Source of the DNA: Candidatus Latescibacterota bacterium
GTDB lineage: Bacteria > Latescibacterota > UBA2968 > UBA8231
Assembly: GCA_965215195.1 (NCBI GenBank)
Contig: CBDCDC010000002.1
Span: 3,648,001 to 3,712,000 of the forward strand
DNA length: 64,000 nt
Reading direction: 5' to 3'
Position 1 is the stretch's first letter, and every line of letters starts with the position of its first letter. The translations under genes were made by a program, and so were the position numbers. Under the pieces are notes generated by a model that worked only from the letters and a program-made list of their open reading frames with translations, did not search any database and was not told the DNA's origin. Below are positions 16,352 through 26,087 of this stretch, piece by piece.

Positions 16352-18873
16352 TGGTCTGGCTCGGCAAAATGGCGTGGCGCGACAGCCGCAGCCACCGCCG
16401 CAAACTGCTGCTTTTTACCTCTTCGATCTCCATCGGCATTGGTGCGCTCGTCGGCTTGGGCAGCCTCAGCGCCACGTTGCAAGGGGCCATGGACCAACAA
16501 GCGGCCGCGCTCTTAGGGGCCGATATGGCCCTGACGAGCCGCCAGCCCTTCACGCCAGCCTCCGAGGCGCTCATCGACTCGCTCGGCGGAGTTCAGGCGC
16601 GCCAAGTCGCCTTCAATTCCATGATTTACCTGCCCAAGAGCCAGAGCACCCGCCTCGCCCAGATCCGCGCCCTCTCTGGCCCTTTTCCCTTTTACGGCGA
16701 GCTAAAAACAGAGCCTGCCACGGCCGCGCACAGCTTCCGCACCCAGCCCCAAGCCCTCGTTGACGAGGCCCTCATGCTCCAGTTTGGCGCGGCGGTCGGC
16801 GACTCAATTGAGATCGGCGACGCGGTCTTCCGCATTGGTGGGCGGCTCCTGCGCATTCCCGGCGAGAACGCCCTCTTTAGCGACATCCAGCCGCGCGTCT
16901 ATATCTCCATGTCGTACCTCGACCGCACCCACCTGATCCAACGAGGTAGCCGCGTCACCTACACCGCCTTCTTCCGCTTTGCCGAGCGGGACGTCCAAGC
17001 CCTAGCCAAATCCATCCGGCCGCGCATGCGCGCCGACCGCCTCCGGCTCGAAACCATCGCCAGCCGCAAGGCCCGCCTCGGCCGCACCCTCAACAATCTC
17101 TACCGCTTCTTAAACCTCGGCAGCTTTATCGCCCTGCTGCTCGGCGGCTTGGGCGTGGCCAGCGCCATCCACACCTATACGAAGCAGAAACTGTCCACCG
17201 TTGCCGTGCTGCGCAGCCTCGGTGCCACAGCCCGTCAGACCGTCTCGATCTATCTAATCCAAGCCGGGGGCATGGGTTTGGTCGGCTCGCTCGCCGGTGC
17301 CCTGCTCGGGGTTGGGGTCCTCTACCTGCTCCCCGATGTCCTCGCCGACGTGCTGCCCCTCCAAGTTGAGCCGCGCTTTGATCTTCCCGCTGTCTTGGAG
17401 GGGCTCGGGCTCGGCGTCGGCCTTTCGCTGCTGTTTGCCGCCCGGCCCCTGCTGGCCATTCGCAAGACCTCGCCGCTTTTGACCCTGCGGGCCTCCTTTG
17501 AAGAGGCCCAACCAGCCGACAGCGGCCTGCTGCGCTGGGCTTTGTACGTGGGGATCCTCCTGACGACCGCGCTCTTTGCCTACCGGCTCACCGGCGACTG
17601 GCCGCTATCCCTCGGCTTTGTCGGCGGGGTTGGCGCCGCCTTTGCCCTCTTGATCCTTACGGCCCGCGCAATCACCTATGGCACTCGGCGCTTCTTTCCC
17701 GCCTCTTGGAGCTATATCTGGCGTCAGGGGCTGGCCAACCTCTACCGACCCAACAACCAGACCACGCTGCTGATGTTGGGCCTCGGCTTGGGGACTTTTC
17801 TGCTCAGCACCCTGTTTCTGACCCAAACCAACCTGCTGTCCCACATCAAAAGCGTCGGCTCGGACCAAAATCCCAACGTCGTGCTCTTCGACATCCAAAC
17901 CGACCAGCGCCAAGAGCTAAACGAACTCGTCGCCGGGATGGACCTGCCGCTGTTGCAACAGATGCCCATCGTCACCATGCACATCCACAGCGTCAAAGGC
18001 CAACTCGCCCGCGCCATGCGCCGCGATACCACCGCTGGCAACCGGCGCGGCAATTGGGCCTTGCGGCACGAGTACCGCGCGACGTACCGCGATTTCCTCA
18101 CCGAGACCGAAGAGATCGCCGCCGGCACTTGGCGCAGCCAGCCCGCGGGCGATACCCTCTACGTCTCCTTGGAAACAGGCGTCGCCTCTTCCTTGGGCGT
18201 GGGCGTGGGCGACTCCCTGACCTTTGACGTCCAAGGGGTCCCCATCGAAGTGGTCGTCGGCAGTTTGCGCCGCGTCAACTGGCAGCGGATCATGCCCAAT
18301 TTTCTCGTGGTCTTCCCTCCCGGCATTCTCGAACCCGCACCGCAATCCCACGTCCTCGTCACCCGCGCCGCCACTGCGGAGCAAATGGCCGCCTTACAGC
18401 GGGCCACCGTGCGCCGGTTCCCCAATGTCTCGGTCATCGATCTCGGCAGCATCCTCAGCACGGTCGATACCATCCTCGACAAGGTCTCATTGGTGGTCCG
18501 CTTTATGGCCCTTTTCAGCGTCTCGGTTGGCCTGATCGTGCTCGTCGGCGTGATTGCCAGCAGCCGCTACCAACGCATTGAGGAAAGCGTCTTGCTCAAG
18601 ACCTTGGGGGCCAGTCGCCGCCAAGTGGCCGCGATCATGGCGCTCGAATACCTGTTTTTGGGAGCTTTTGCGGCCGCGACCGGGGTGATTTTGTCGCTAG
18701 GGGGCGTCTGGGCCTTGAGCCGCTATCTGTTCGCGATCGGCTTCGCGCCCAACTACCTGCCCGTGCTCTTCGCCTTTGCGGCGGTCTGTCTGCTGACAGT
18801 TGCCGTCGGCATGCTCTCCAGCCGCGGCGTCCACACCAAACCACCGCTCGAAGTCCTGCGCTCGCTCGGCTAG
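16348..18873 (+). CDS. ABC transporter permease (YbbP/FtsX-like, duplicated)
   Basis: Two FtsX-type repeats (VLRSLGAT, LLKTLGAS), GPFPFYG, PN..LFDIQ.DQ. Confidence 0.92.
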   Translation: MMVWLGKMAWRDSRSHRRKLLLFTSSISIGIGALVGLGSLSATLQGAMDQQAAALLGADMALTSRQPFTPASEALIDSLGGVQARQVAFNSMIYLPKSQSTRLAQIRALSGPFPFYGELKTEPATAAHSFRTQPQALVDEALMLQFGAAVGDSIEIGDAVFRIGGRLLRIPGENALFSDIQPRVYISMSYLDRTHLIQRGSRVTYTAFFRFAERDVQALAKSIRPRMRADRLRLETIASRKARLGRTLNNLYRFLNLGSFIALLLGGLGVASAIHTYTKQKLSTVAVLRSLGATARQTVSIYLIQAGGMGLVGSLAGALLGVGVLYLLPDVLADVLPLQVEPRFDLPAVLEGLGLGVGLSLLFAARPLLAIRKTSPLLTLRASFEEAQPADSGLLRWALYVGILLTTALFAYRLTGDWPLSLGFVGGVGAAFALLILTARAITYGTRRFFPASWSYIWRQGLANLYRPNNQTTLLMLGLGLGTFLLSTLFLTQTNLLSHIKSVGSDQNPNVVLFDIQTDQRQELNELVAGMDLPLLQQMPIVTMHIHSVKGQLARAMRRDTTAGNRRGNWALRHEYRATYRDFLTETEEIAAGTWRSQPAGDTLYVSLETGVASSLGVGVGDSLTFDVQGVPIEVVVGSLRRVNWQRIMPNFLVVFPPGILEPAPQSHVLVTRAATAEQMAALQRATVRRFPNVSVIDLGSILSTVDTILDKVSLVVRFMALFSVSVGLIVLVGVIASSRYQRIEESVLLKTLGASRRQVAAIMALEYLFLGAFAAATGVILSLGGVWALSRYLFAIGFAPNYLPVLFAFAAVCLLTVAVGMLSSRGVHTKPPLEVLRSLG

Positions 18874-19532
18874 CGGCGCAGCTTCTCCAGCACCGGCCCT
18901 AGCGTCGTCCACACGGTTTCGGCGACGATCCGGTGGCCTGCGGCGTTGGGATGATTGCCGTCGGGCAGGTTCAGGGCCGGTTGGTCGCCCACGCCTTCTA
19001 GGAGGAAGGGGATCAAGGCCGCGTCGTTTTTGGCCGCCAACGCCGGGAAGACGGCGGCAAACGCCCCTGCGTACTCCGCGCCCAAATTGGGCGGCATCTG
19101 CATCCCGGCGATGACCAAGGCTACTGCGGGATTTTTCGCTTTTACCCGCTCGACGATTTGTTGCAAGTTGGCGTGGGTGTCTTTGGGATCTATTCCGCGC
19201 AGGCCGTCGTTGGCCCCCAATTCGAGCACGAACACGTCGACGGGGCGGCGCAAGAGCCAGTCAATGCGGCGCAACCCCCCGGCCGAGGTTTCGCCGCCAA
19301 GCCCGGCATTAAATACTTCAAAGTTCCAGCCGAGCGAATCGATCCGCGCCTGCACCAAGGCCGGAAAGGCCTGTTCGCGGTCGAGGCCATAGCCAGCGGT
19401 CAGGCTATCGCCAAAAAAGAGAATGACGCGGCTGGAGTCCGCCTCTTCGGCAGAGACGCTGCCGCCGAGTAACGCTAGGGCCAACGCAATGTATTTCACC
19501 TTGTGCGTGATTTTGAAAAATACGAGTGCCAA
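18870..19532 (-). CDS. tesA: Arylesterase / acyl-CoA thioesterase I (GDSL/SGNH)
   Basis: FGDSLTAGYGL, GETSAGG, ELGANDGLRG, DGNHPN; usual neighbour of ybbA/ybbP. The start could also be GTG at 19499. Confidence 0.88.
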   Translation of the reverse strand: MALVFFKITHKVKYIALALALLGGSVSAEEADSSRVILFFGDSLTAGYGLDREQAFPALVQARIDSLGWNFEVFNAGLGGETSAGGLRRIDWLLRRPVDVFVLELGANDGLRGIDPKDTHANLQQIVERVKAKNPAVALVIAGMQMPPNLGAEYAGAFAAVFPALAAKNDAALIPFLLEGVGDQPALNLPDGNHPNAAGHRIVAETVWTTLGPVLEKLRR

Positions 19533-19604
19533 AATAGAGTACGCCTTCCTTCCTGTCGTGGTCTGAGTTTACTCCTATATTAAGCGCCGACCCCCGGAGC
19601 ATGC

Positions 19605-20534
19605 ATGCAAACCACCATCTTAGGCCGCACCAACCTAACCGTCTCGCGCATGGGCTTGGGCGCGGGCGGCCACAGCCGACTTGGACGCCACGCCGGCCTA
19701 ACCGACGCCCAATCCGCCGACCTCGTCCGCCGCGCCTTAGACTGCGGCGTCAACTTTGTCGATACGGCCGAAGGCTATGGCACTGAATCCATCGTCGGCC
19801 GAGCCCTACAGGGCCGCGACCGCACCGCCGTCGTCCTCTCGACCAAAAAATCCACCCGCCACCAGCACGTCACTCCCAACGCCTTGCGAGCAAGTCTCGA
19901 CCAGAGCCTAAAGCACCTGCACACCGACTACATCGACCTCTACAACCTCCACGGCATCGTGCCCCAAGACTACGCCTATCTCGTCAACGACATCTATCCC
20001 GCGCTGCAAAGGGCGCAAGAGCAGGGCAAAATACGCTTTGTCGGCCTCAGCGAGATGTTCAACGAAGACCTCGAACACACCATGCTCCAGCAGGCCCTTG
20101 CCGACGACCTGTGGGATGTCCTGATGGTCGGCTTCAATCTGCTCAACCAGACCGCCCGCGCCAACGTCTTCGCGCCGGCCATCGCGCAAAACGTCGGCAT
20201 CCTGATCATGTTCGCCGTTAGAAAGGCGCTTGGCCACCCCGACAGCCTACGTGCATTCACGGCCGCGCTCGTCGAAAAGGGGCAACTCGACCCGGCTGAC
20301 CTCAACGCCTTCCCCGATTTCCTGTTGGCAGAAGCCCCATCCCTACCCGACGCGGCCTACCGCTTCTGCCGCGACGAGCCCGGCGTCCACGTGGTCCTCT
20401 CCGGCACGGGCAACGCCGACCACCTCGCCGCCAATCTCGCGTCTTTCGCCCGGCCGCCGCTGACGCAAGAGACGCGCAACCGCCTCATCCACATTTTCCG
20501 CCGCGTCAATTCTACCACCGGGCAAGCCGTGTAG
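19605..20534 (+). CDS. Aldo/keto reductase
   Basis: LGRT.L.VSRMGLG, DTAEGYG, STK, SL..L.TDYIDLY.LH, GKIRFVGLS. Confidence 0.92.
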   Translation: MQTTILGRTNLTVSRMGLGAGGHSRLGRHAGLTDAQSADLVRRALDCGVNFVDTAEGYGTESIVGRALQGRDRTAVVLSTKKSTRHQHVTPNALRASLDQSLKHLHTDYIDLYNLHGIVPQDYAYLVNDIYPALQRAQEQGKIRFVGLSEMFNEDLEHTMLQQALADDLWDVLMVGFNLLNQTARANVFAPAIAQNVGILIMFAVRKALGHPDSLRAFTAALVEKGQLDPADLNAFPDFLLAEAPSLPDAAYRFCRDEPGVHVVLSGTGNADHLAANLASFARPPLTQETRNRLIHIFRRVNSTTGQAV

Positions 20535-20567
20535 GGAGCTAGCTTCGACCATAACGCGACGAATTCA

Positions 20568-20972
20568 TCAGGCACACCAGAGCTGAAGCGGCGTCCACTT
20601 TGTCATCTGGCTGAAATCGCGGTCGGTCGCCAACATAACCAATTGGTGGCGAATGCAGAGCTGGGCGAGTAGCGCGTCGATGGTGCCAATCTGAATGCCG
20701 CGGCGGCGACACTCGTTGCGCAACTCGGCTGCGTCAATATAGTCGTCGCGCACGGGCGCAATCATGGCGAGTGCCCCGAACCGTGCGACGATCCGCGTTT
20801 TGGCTCTCGGCCCTCGAAAGCCCTGCAACAACTCCTGCAAGACGATTCCGGTCGCGTAAATTGATTCGCCACCACCGAGCGCCTCCCGCAGGCGCTGGAC
20901 CTCGGGTCCTTCGGGTGCTGTATCCCGTCGCAAGGCCAGCGACCAGACGCTCGTATCTACAAACAACGTCAC
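20568..20972 (-). CDS. vapC: VapC PIN-domain toxin
   Basis: FVDTSVWS, ELLQG, IDALLA, TDRDF acidic PIN residues; GTGA overlap with the antitoxin. Confidence 0.92.
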   Translation of the reverse strand: MTLFVDTSVWSLALRRDTAPEGPEVQRLREALGGGESIYATGIVLQELLQGFRGPRAKTRIVARFGALAMIAPVRDDYIDAAELRNECRRRGIQIGTIDALLAQLCIRHQLVMLATDRDFSQMTKWTPLQLWCA

Positions 20973-21169
20973 TCGCGGCTCCGTTCGCGTTTGTAGTCAA
21001 AGCTGTCGTCCCAGTCGAATTTACCAAAAAGCTCTAAGAGCCGTTCCTGCTCTCGGCGCGCAATGAACTCCTGCAAGGCGCGGTTGACGGTCGCCTTCTT
21101 CGTCTTCTCGCCGCCGACTTTTAGTGCCTTGTCGAGCAGCTCTGGGTCTATCGCCAAGTTTGTCGCCAT
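20969..21169 (-). CDS. vapB: VapB antitoxin (ribbon-helix-helix type)
   Basis: MATNLAIDPELLDKAL..GGEKTKKATVN.AL.EFI, directly upstream of vapC. Confidence 0.9.
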   Translation of the reverse strand: MATNLAIDPELLDKALKVGGEKTKKATVNRALQEFIARREQERLLELFGKFDWDDSFDYKRERSRE

Positions 21170-21277
21170 TGTGTTACCTCCAACACATATAGTTACACAT
21201 AAACTAGTCGCAAACAGAGGACGCGGGCAAGTTCCTCATCATCGGTGCTGGCGACAACAAGCTCTGACGCGCCAAGA

Positions 21278-21667
21278 TCAAGGGTTCGTTTCGGGGCTAA
21301 AAGACGGGCCAGCTAACTCGTCCAGCGCCACATTGAGTACGCCCGCGAGTCGGCGGAACAGATCGAGCGTCCCAGGCTTCTGTCCGTTCTCAATTTGCGA
21401 CAGATACCCTTTTGAGACCCCTACTCGCTCGGCCAGCGCATCCAATGTGAGTTCGCGGTGCTTCCGCCACACGCGCAAGGGCGATTCGCCCGCGAGAATG
21501 GCCTTTACGACTTCGCCCGGAATCGTCTCGCTGGCCGCGTCTTCGGCCCATGCCCGTTCGGCCGCGTCCTCAAGTGCGGCGACCATGCGGCGGTACGCCT
21601 CAAATGGGACGACGGCGTATTCTGGCTCGCCGTCCTTCTCAATAATCTGCACATCCCGTTCGTTCAT
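21278..21667 (-). CDS. XRE-family HTH antitoxin (HigA-like)
   Basis: VQIIEKDG.PEYAVVP N-terminus plus PLRVWRKHR.LT...LA..VGVS..YLSQIE.G HTH. Confidence 0.88.
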   Translation of the reverse strand: MNERDVQIIEKDGEPEYAVVPFEAYRRMVAALEDAAERAWAEDAASETIPGEVVKAILAGESPLRVWRKHRELTLDALAERVGVSKGYLSQIENGQKPGTLDLFRRLAGVLNVALDELAGPSFSPETNP

Positions 21668-21711
21668 CGGTACGCTCGTCCTCTCTGGTCAATTTTCGCC
21701 ACCTCGTGGAT
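21664..21711 (-). pseudogene. 3' remnant of a RelE/HigB toxin
   Basis: ...IHEVAKIDQRGRAYR* ends in an ATGA overlap with the antitoxin start and matches the RelE-type C-terminus; the rest of the gene is missing. Confidence 0.6.
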
Positions 21712-21955
21712 GCTGCGTCGTCTGTGAGTATCCATGACCATCCATGCCCGTCTCGCTCGAATCAAAGAGGTCGTCGGGGCCTTGGGCATTGACGACTAAA
21801 TGCAGCAGTTGAAGAGCAGGAATACGTCGCGTCCCCGAGCGCATTGGTCCCCAGAGTTGGAAGGATAGCCCCCCAATCAAGCAGGGGCAAGCGCGATTGA
21901 CGGCTTCCGGTCGCCGCGCTATCCTCTAAAAAACGTAGGACTTGAGAGGTTTCCG

Positions 21956-22282
21956 ATGAATAAAATTGGAGAGCAAGAGATACGGCGCGTCGCCGAGCGC
22001 ATTGGTCGCCAAGCAGACGCCGAGCAGGTCATCCTATTCGGCTCCTATGCCCGAGGCGAGGCTACCGAGCACAGTGACGTCGATTTACTCGTGATCGCCC
22101 CAAGCGACCTACCTCGCTTCAAGCGCAGCCGCGCCCTATATAAATCGCTACGCCCGTATCCATTCGGCATGGACTTGCTGGTATATACCCCGGACGAGGT
22201 AGAAAAAGGCCAACAGTCGCCCCTTTCTTTTATTTCTACTGCGCTACGCGAGGGCAAAACCGTCTACGTCCGCCGAGACTGA
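21956..22282 (+). CDS. Minimal nucleotidyltransferase (MNT) antitoxin
   Basis: VILFGSYARG.A...SDVDLLVI, DLLVYTP.E, ALREGK..Y. Confidence 0.9.
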   Translation: MNKIGEQEIRRVAERIGRQADAEQVILFGSYARGEATEHSDVDLLVIAPSDLPRFKRSRALYKSLRPYPFGMDLLVYTPDEVEKGQQSPLSFISTALREGKTVYVRRD

Positions 22283-22304
22283 ACTATCCCGCCAGTGGCT
22301 GATG
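22266..22304 (+). pseudogene. 5' remnant of a HEPN toxin
   Basis: ACG-TCC-GCC-GAG-ACT-GAA-CTA-TCC-CGC-CAG-TGG-CTG reads (M>T)SAETELSRQWL, a HEPN-like N-terminus overlapping the MNT 3' end; similarity is then lost. Confidence 0.45.
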
Positions 22305-22353
22305 CCCCAAGCTACGCTCTCAAGCATTGTCAGTGTCGTCCAACGAAATTCCC

Positions 22354-23217
22354 CTACCCCTTAAGCGCCCCAACGGTAATCCCCTTCGTCAGGTATTGCT
22401 GCAAGAAAGCGTACACCAGCATCGTCGGGGCCATGATCAGCACCAACCCGGCAAAGGCCATGCCCCAATCGCTGCGATACTGGCTGACGATGGTGATGTT
22501 GGCCAGCCCCAACGGCAGGGTGCGCAACGCCTGCGACCCCTCCCCGGACAGGAACATAAAGGCCATGAAAAACTCGTTCCAAGTTCCCAAAAAGGCGAAG
22601 ATGCCCACCGTAATAAGCCCGGGCCGCGCCAACGGCAGCATAATCGACCAAAACGCCCGAAACTCCCCGGCCCCATCGATCAGCGCCGACTCGTGCAGCC
22701 CAGAAGGCAAAGACTTGAAAAACCCCGTGAGGATAAAGATGGCAAACGGCATCCCAAAGGCCACATAGACCATCAGGATGCCCAGCCGCGAGTTGAGCAG
22801 TCCAAAGTCCTTCATCTGAAAAAAGAGCGGCACAATAGACAGTTGCAACGGAATCATCAGCCCGGCCAAGAAGTAGAAAAACATCGGCCGCACCCCAAAG
22901 AAGCTAAAGCGCGCCAGCGCGTAGGCCGCCATGGCCGCCAGCAGCATGGAGACCGCCACGGTCGAGATGGTCAAAAAGACGCTGTTGAAGAAGTAGTCGC
23001 CAAAGTGCCCCTTAGTCCAAGCGTTGGCAAAGTTGATCCACTGCAAGGCATCGAACTCGGGCAGGCTGAAGGGGTTGAGGAAAATTTCGCGGTCCGTCTT
23101 CAGGGAAGTGTACAACAGCCACAGCATCGGATAGACCACAACCGTCAGATAGCCGCATAGCACCAGATAGACGAAGGGTTTGGCGAGAGAAAATTTGCCC
23201 TGCTCGGCCACGTTCAA
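22354..23217 (-). CDS. Carbohydrate ABC transporter permease (MalG-like)
   Basis: ESALIDGA EAA loop, PLARPG, WNEF, GITVGALKG; TTG start overlapping the upstream stop. Confidence 0.92.
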   Translation of the reverse strand: MNVAEQGKFSLAKPFVYLVLCGYLTVVVYPMLWLLYTSLKTDREIFLNPFSLPEFDALQWINFANAWTKGHFGDYFFNSVFLTISTVAVSMLLAAMAAYALARFSFFGVRPMFFYFLAGLMIPLQLSIVPLFFQMKDFGLLNSRLGILMVYVAFGMPFAIFILTGFFKSLPSGLHESALIDGAGEFRAFWSIMLPLARPGLITVGIFAFLGTWNEFFMAFMFLSGEGSQALRTLPLGLANITIVSQYRSDWGMAFAGLVLIMAPTMLVYAFLQQYLTKGITVGALKG

Positions 23218-25544
23218 AACTCCACAGCTTCGCGCTTCATGGCGCGCAAGGTCGCAGTAGTGCCAAAGAAGACGATCAAAAAGAGCAGCACTGCAATGGC
23301 CGTGGCCTCCCCCACCTTGAACTCGGTAAACATGGCCTGCACCATCCGCGTGCCGATCACGTGGTTGTCGGTCGTCGGCCGCTGATTGGTCAGCAGCCAA
23401 ATCACCTCAAACGCCTTCATGCCGCCGATGATCATAAACACAATCGCTATCGACAGCACCTCCCAAATCAGCGGCACGGTAATCGACCAAAACTGCCGCC
23501 AAGCCGAGGCCCCGTCGATGTCGGCCGCCTCGTACATGCTCTGCGGGATGCTCTCCATCGCCGCCAAAAACAGCACCATGTTGAACCCGGCCGCGCCCCA
23601 GATCGACATGGGTATCAGCGCCCAGTAGAGGTTGTCCTGCGCCAGCCAAGCAAAGCCATCAAACCCCTCCAAGCCCAAGGCCACCAACACCGTGTTGATC
23701 GGCCCGCCCTGTGGATTGTACAAATGCATCCACAGCAGGGTCGCCGCGACTCCGCCGAGGATGTTGGGAAAGAAGAAGACGATGCGGAAGAGCTTGGCTC
23801 CGACGAGCTCGCGGCTGATGCACACCGCCAAGAAAAGTGCCAGCGGCAACACGCAGAGCGGGATGACGAACATGATGAAGAGATTGTTCGACAGCGCGAT
23901 CCAGAACTCATCGCTCTCAAAGAGCAGCCGCTGGAAATGCAACAGTCCGACGAAGACCATCTCGGTCAGTCCGTCCCAGCGCATCGCGCTCCAGACGAAG
24001 GACTTGACGCTGGGTACGACCACAAAGAGCGTATAAAACGCCGCGGCCGGCCCCACGAAGAACACCACCCCAGCCCAGTTCAAGCGCACGGTGCTGGTAG
24101 GTCGGGGGGCTTGGCTGCGCCACTGCCGCACGGTCGTGTACAACCAATAGCCCATCGCCAGCGCCAAAAGCCCCAACAGCAGCGCGGGTTTCCACAGATG
24201 GCGGATGGTAATTTGGTCGGGACGCTGGCTGCGGTTGCGCACGGCCTCGGCGGCCGACTCCAACTCTCTGGCCCCCGCCTCCGGCGTTAGCTGCCCATTG
24301 ACGATCTTGAAGCGCACGTCGTTGAGGAACTGGTCCATCTCCGGGAAGCCCTCGCCCGGGGCCGTGCCATAGGTCGTCGTCGCTCGTTGCGCCAAGTTCA
24401 CCAAGTCCTGCATGTCCTCGGTCGTCCGCCCCTCCATCGCCCCATCGACAGCCACCAAAATGTCGCGCATCTCGGCGAAGGTGCCGGCCATCTCCCGCGA
24501 GGTCATAAAGCGCAAAAAATCCACGCCCAACTCGGGGTGGGCGCTGTTTTTGAAGACAAAGTAATACCCGGCACCTGTGTAGATGGCACCGGGTTCGCCG
24601 ACTCCGCCCTCAACCACGGGCAAATTAAACGCCCCCAAGCGGAAGCCGTCGGGGATTTTGCCCATCATCTCGCTTTTGAGCCAAGAGCCGCAAAAGACCA
24701 TGGCGGTGTGGCCCAAGAAAAACTCGAGCTGGGCCTCGGTGTGGCTCATGCCGAGGGCCCCGGGCTGGAAGTACTCCTGCGCCGTGCGCTGAATAAGCCC
24801 GAGTGCCGCCTCGTATTCGGGGTTGGCGAAACTGCCCGGCACCAGATCTTTCTGTTCGTAGAACCGGGTGCGGCCAGCGAGGTGATAATAGGCGTTGTCG
24901 GTAACGCCGCCGATATAGCCTGGATAGCGCCCCTGAAAGGCCAGCGGCCAGATCCCTGCTGCGCGGATTTGCTCGCAGAGGGCGAAAAACTCGTCCCAAG
25001 TGCGCGGCGGTCCCCAGCCGTGCTCCTCGAACATGTTCTTGTTGTACCACACGGCATAGACCGAATAGAGGAAGGGGATGCCGTAGACCTTGCCCTCGTA
25101 CTCATAGCGATCGAGACTGCCGGGCAGGAAGGACGTGCGCCAAGTCCGGTCCCCGTCCCAACTCGGCCCGTCCAAATAATCGTCGAGGGGCAGGATTTCG
25201 CCGTTGCGGATCAGCGCCCAGTAGTTGAGACCCGCGTTGCTAACTTCCGGGAACGTCCCTTCGAGAATCCGCACCCGCACCTTGTCGGCAATGCGCGGAT
25301 CGCCGTAGAGATCGACCTGCACCTCGGGACGGGCCTTTTCGTATTCGCGGGCGGCAAAAAAGAAAAAGTCCAAGCCGGCACCGCCCTCAAAAATGGGCAC
25401 TTCAACGCGAGTCGCCGCCTGCGCTGGCACCGGGCCGCAAAGCAGCCCCAGCACAACGGCCGTCCAGCCGAGGGCCTTATTGGGTGTTGTTATTTGCAAG
25501 CTGGTCACGAGTACCTTTGGGGCCTTGATCGTGGAGTTGTCCAC
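23214..25544 (-). CDS. Fused sugar-binding protein plus MalF-like ABC permease
   Basis: N-terminal SBP_bac_1 features (GKVYGIP, WYNK.MF, PRTWDEF) in frame with a permease (YEAADIDGAS.W..F..IT.P); start uncertain. Confidence 0.88.
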   Translation of the reverse strand: MDNSTIKAPKVLVTSLQITTPNKALGWTAVVLGLLCGPVPAQAATRVEVPIFEGGAGLDFFFFAAREYEKARPEVQVDLYGDPRIADKVRVRILEGTFPEVSNAGLNYWALIRNGEILPLDDYLDGPSWDGDRTWRTSFLPGSLDRYEYEGKVYGIPFLYSVYAVWYNKNMFEEHGWGPPRTWDEFFALCEQIRAAGIWPLAFQGRYPGYIGGVTDNAYYHLAGRTRFYEQKDLVPGSFANPEYEAALGLIQRTAQEYFQPGALGMSHTEAQLEFFLGHTAMVFCGSWLKSEMMGKIPDGFRLGAFNLPVVEGGVGEPGAIYTGAGYYFVFKNSAHPELGVDFLRFMTSREMAGTFAEMRDILVAVDGAMEGRTTEDMQDLVNLAQRATTTYGTAPGEGFPEMDQFLNDVRFKIVNGQLTPEAGARELESAAEAVRNRSQRPDQITIRHLWKPALLLGLLALAMGYWLYTTVRQWRSQAPRPTSTVRLNWAGVVFFVGPAAAFYTLFVVVPSVKSFVWSAMRWDGLTEMVFVGLLHFQRLLFESDEFWIALSNNLFIMFVIPLCVLPLALFLAVCISRELVGAKLFRIVFFFPNILGGVAATLLWMHLYNPQGGPINTVLVALGLEGFDGFAWLAQDNLYWALIPMSIWGAAGFNMVLFLAAMESIPQSMYEAADIDGASAWRQFWSITVPLIWEVLSIAIVFMIIGGMKAFEVIWLLTNQRPTTDNHVIGTRMVQAMFTEFKVGEATAIAVLLFLIVFFGTTATLRAMKREAVEF

Positions 25545-25561
25545 TGATCTCGTAAAACTAT

Positions 25562-25833
25562 TTATCCTGAAAGAAGACGGTCATATTCGGCATGTGAGCC
25601 AATCCAAAACCAGATCATTGTATTTTCATCGGCTTTATAGCCTAAAGCCCGCCAACTGCGTCCGATCCGCACAGAGTAGATAGGCACGGTTTCCCTTTTG
25701 ACCTGCTTAAAAAAAGCCCTCTTTGTTGAGGGTTTCTTCACCATCTCCGATAAGCAATGACGGCCTGGGCTTGAACGGACCGGGGAAGACGATAGAATGC
25801 CGCCCAGAAATCTGCGGTTGCTCTGGAGTTCAT
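25562..25833 (-). pseudogene. Inactivated RelE/HigB-like toxin
   Basis: MNSRATADFWAAFYRLPRSVQAQAVIAYRRW*RNPQ.RGL, then a frameshift in a T7 run (25709-25715) into FKQV...YSVRIGRSWRALG...WFWIGSHAEYDRLL; internal TGA at 25738-25740. Confidence 0.85.
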
Positions 25834-26087
25834 TGAGCCATATTGCCGGGATCAAAATTACTAACGTCCCCTCGTTCCACAGCTTTTTGTGCCTTTTTTA
25901 CCATCTTTTCGAGCAGAGCGTGGGAGCGGGCTGAGCCTACTAAGGTGTCCCATTCCGCCTCATCCGCCTCATCTTCTGGTCCCAGAGTGTTATCTACCAC
26001 TACCAAGAGGGCCGCGGCAATATCGTCCTGCTCTTCTGCGCTTAGACGCGAAGCCTTTTCAAAGGCGTCTTGAAGTTGGTTTGTCAT
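25830..26087 (-). CDS. Putative antitoxin
   Basis: MTNQLQDAFEKASRLSAEEQDDIA...W.....RS..LLEKM...A....G; ATGA overlap with the toxin pseudogene. Confidence 0.8.
   Translation of the reverse strand: MTNQLQDAFEKASRLSAEEQDDIAAALLVVVDNTLGPEDEADEAEWDTLVGSARSHALLEKMVKKAQKAVERGDVSNFDPGNMAQ

Noticed and set aside
21734-21800. Short plus-strand ORF MTIHARLARIKEVVGALGIDD as an HTH remnant
   Set aside because: Too short to support; the similarity is only impressionistic.
25738-25740. In-frame TGA as selenocysteine or recoding
   Set aside because: A frameshift follows shortly after, the position is not a Cys site, and no SECIS-like hairpin is evident.
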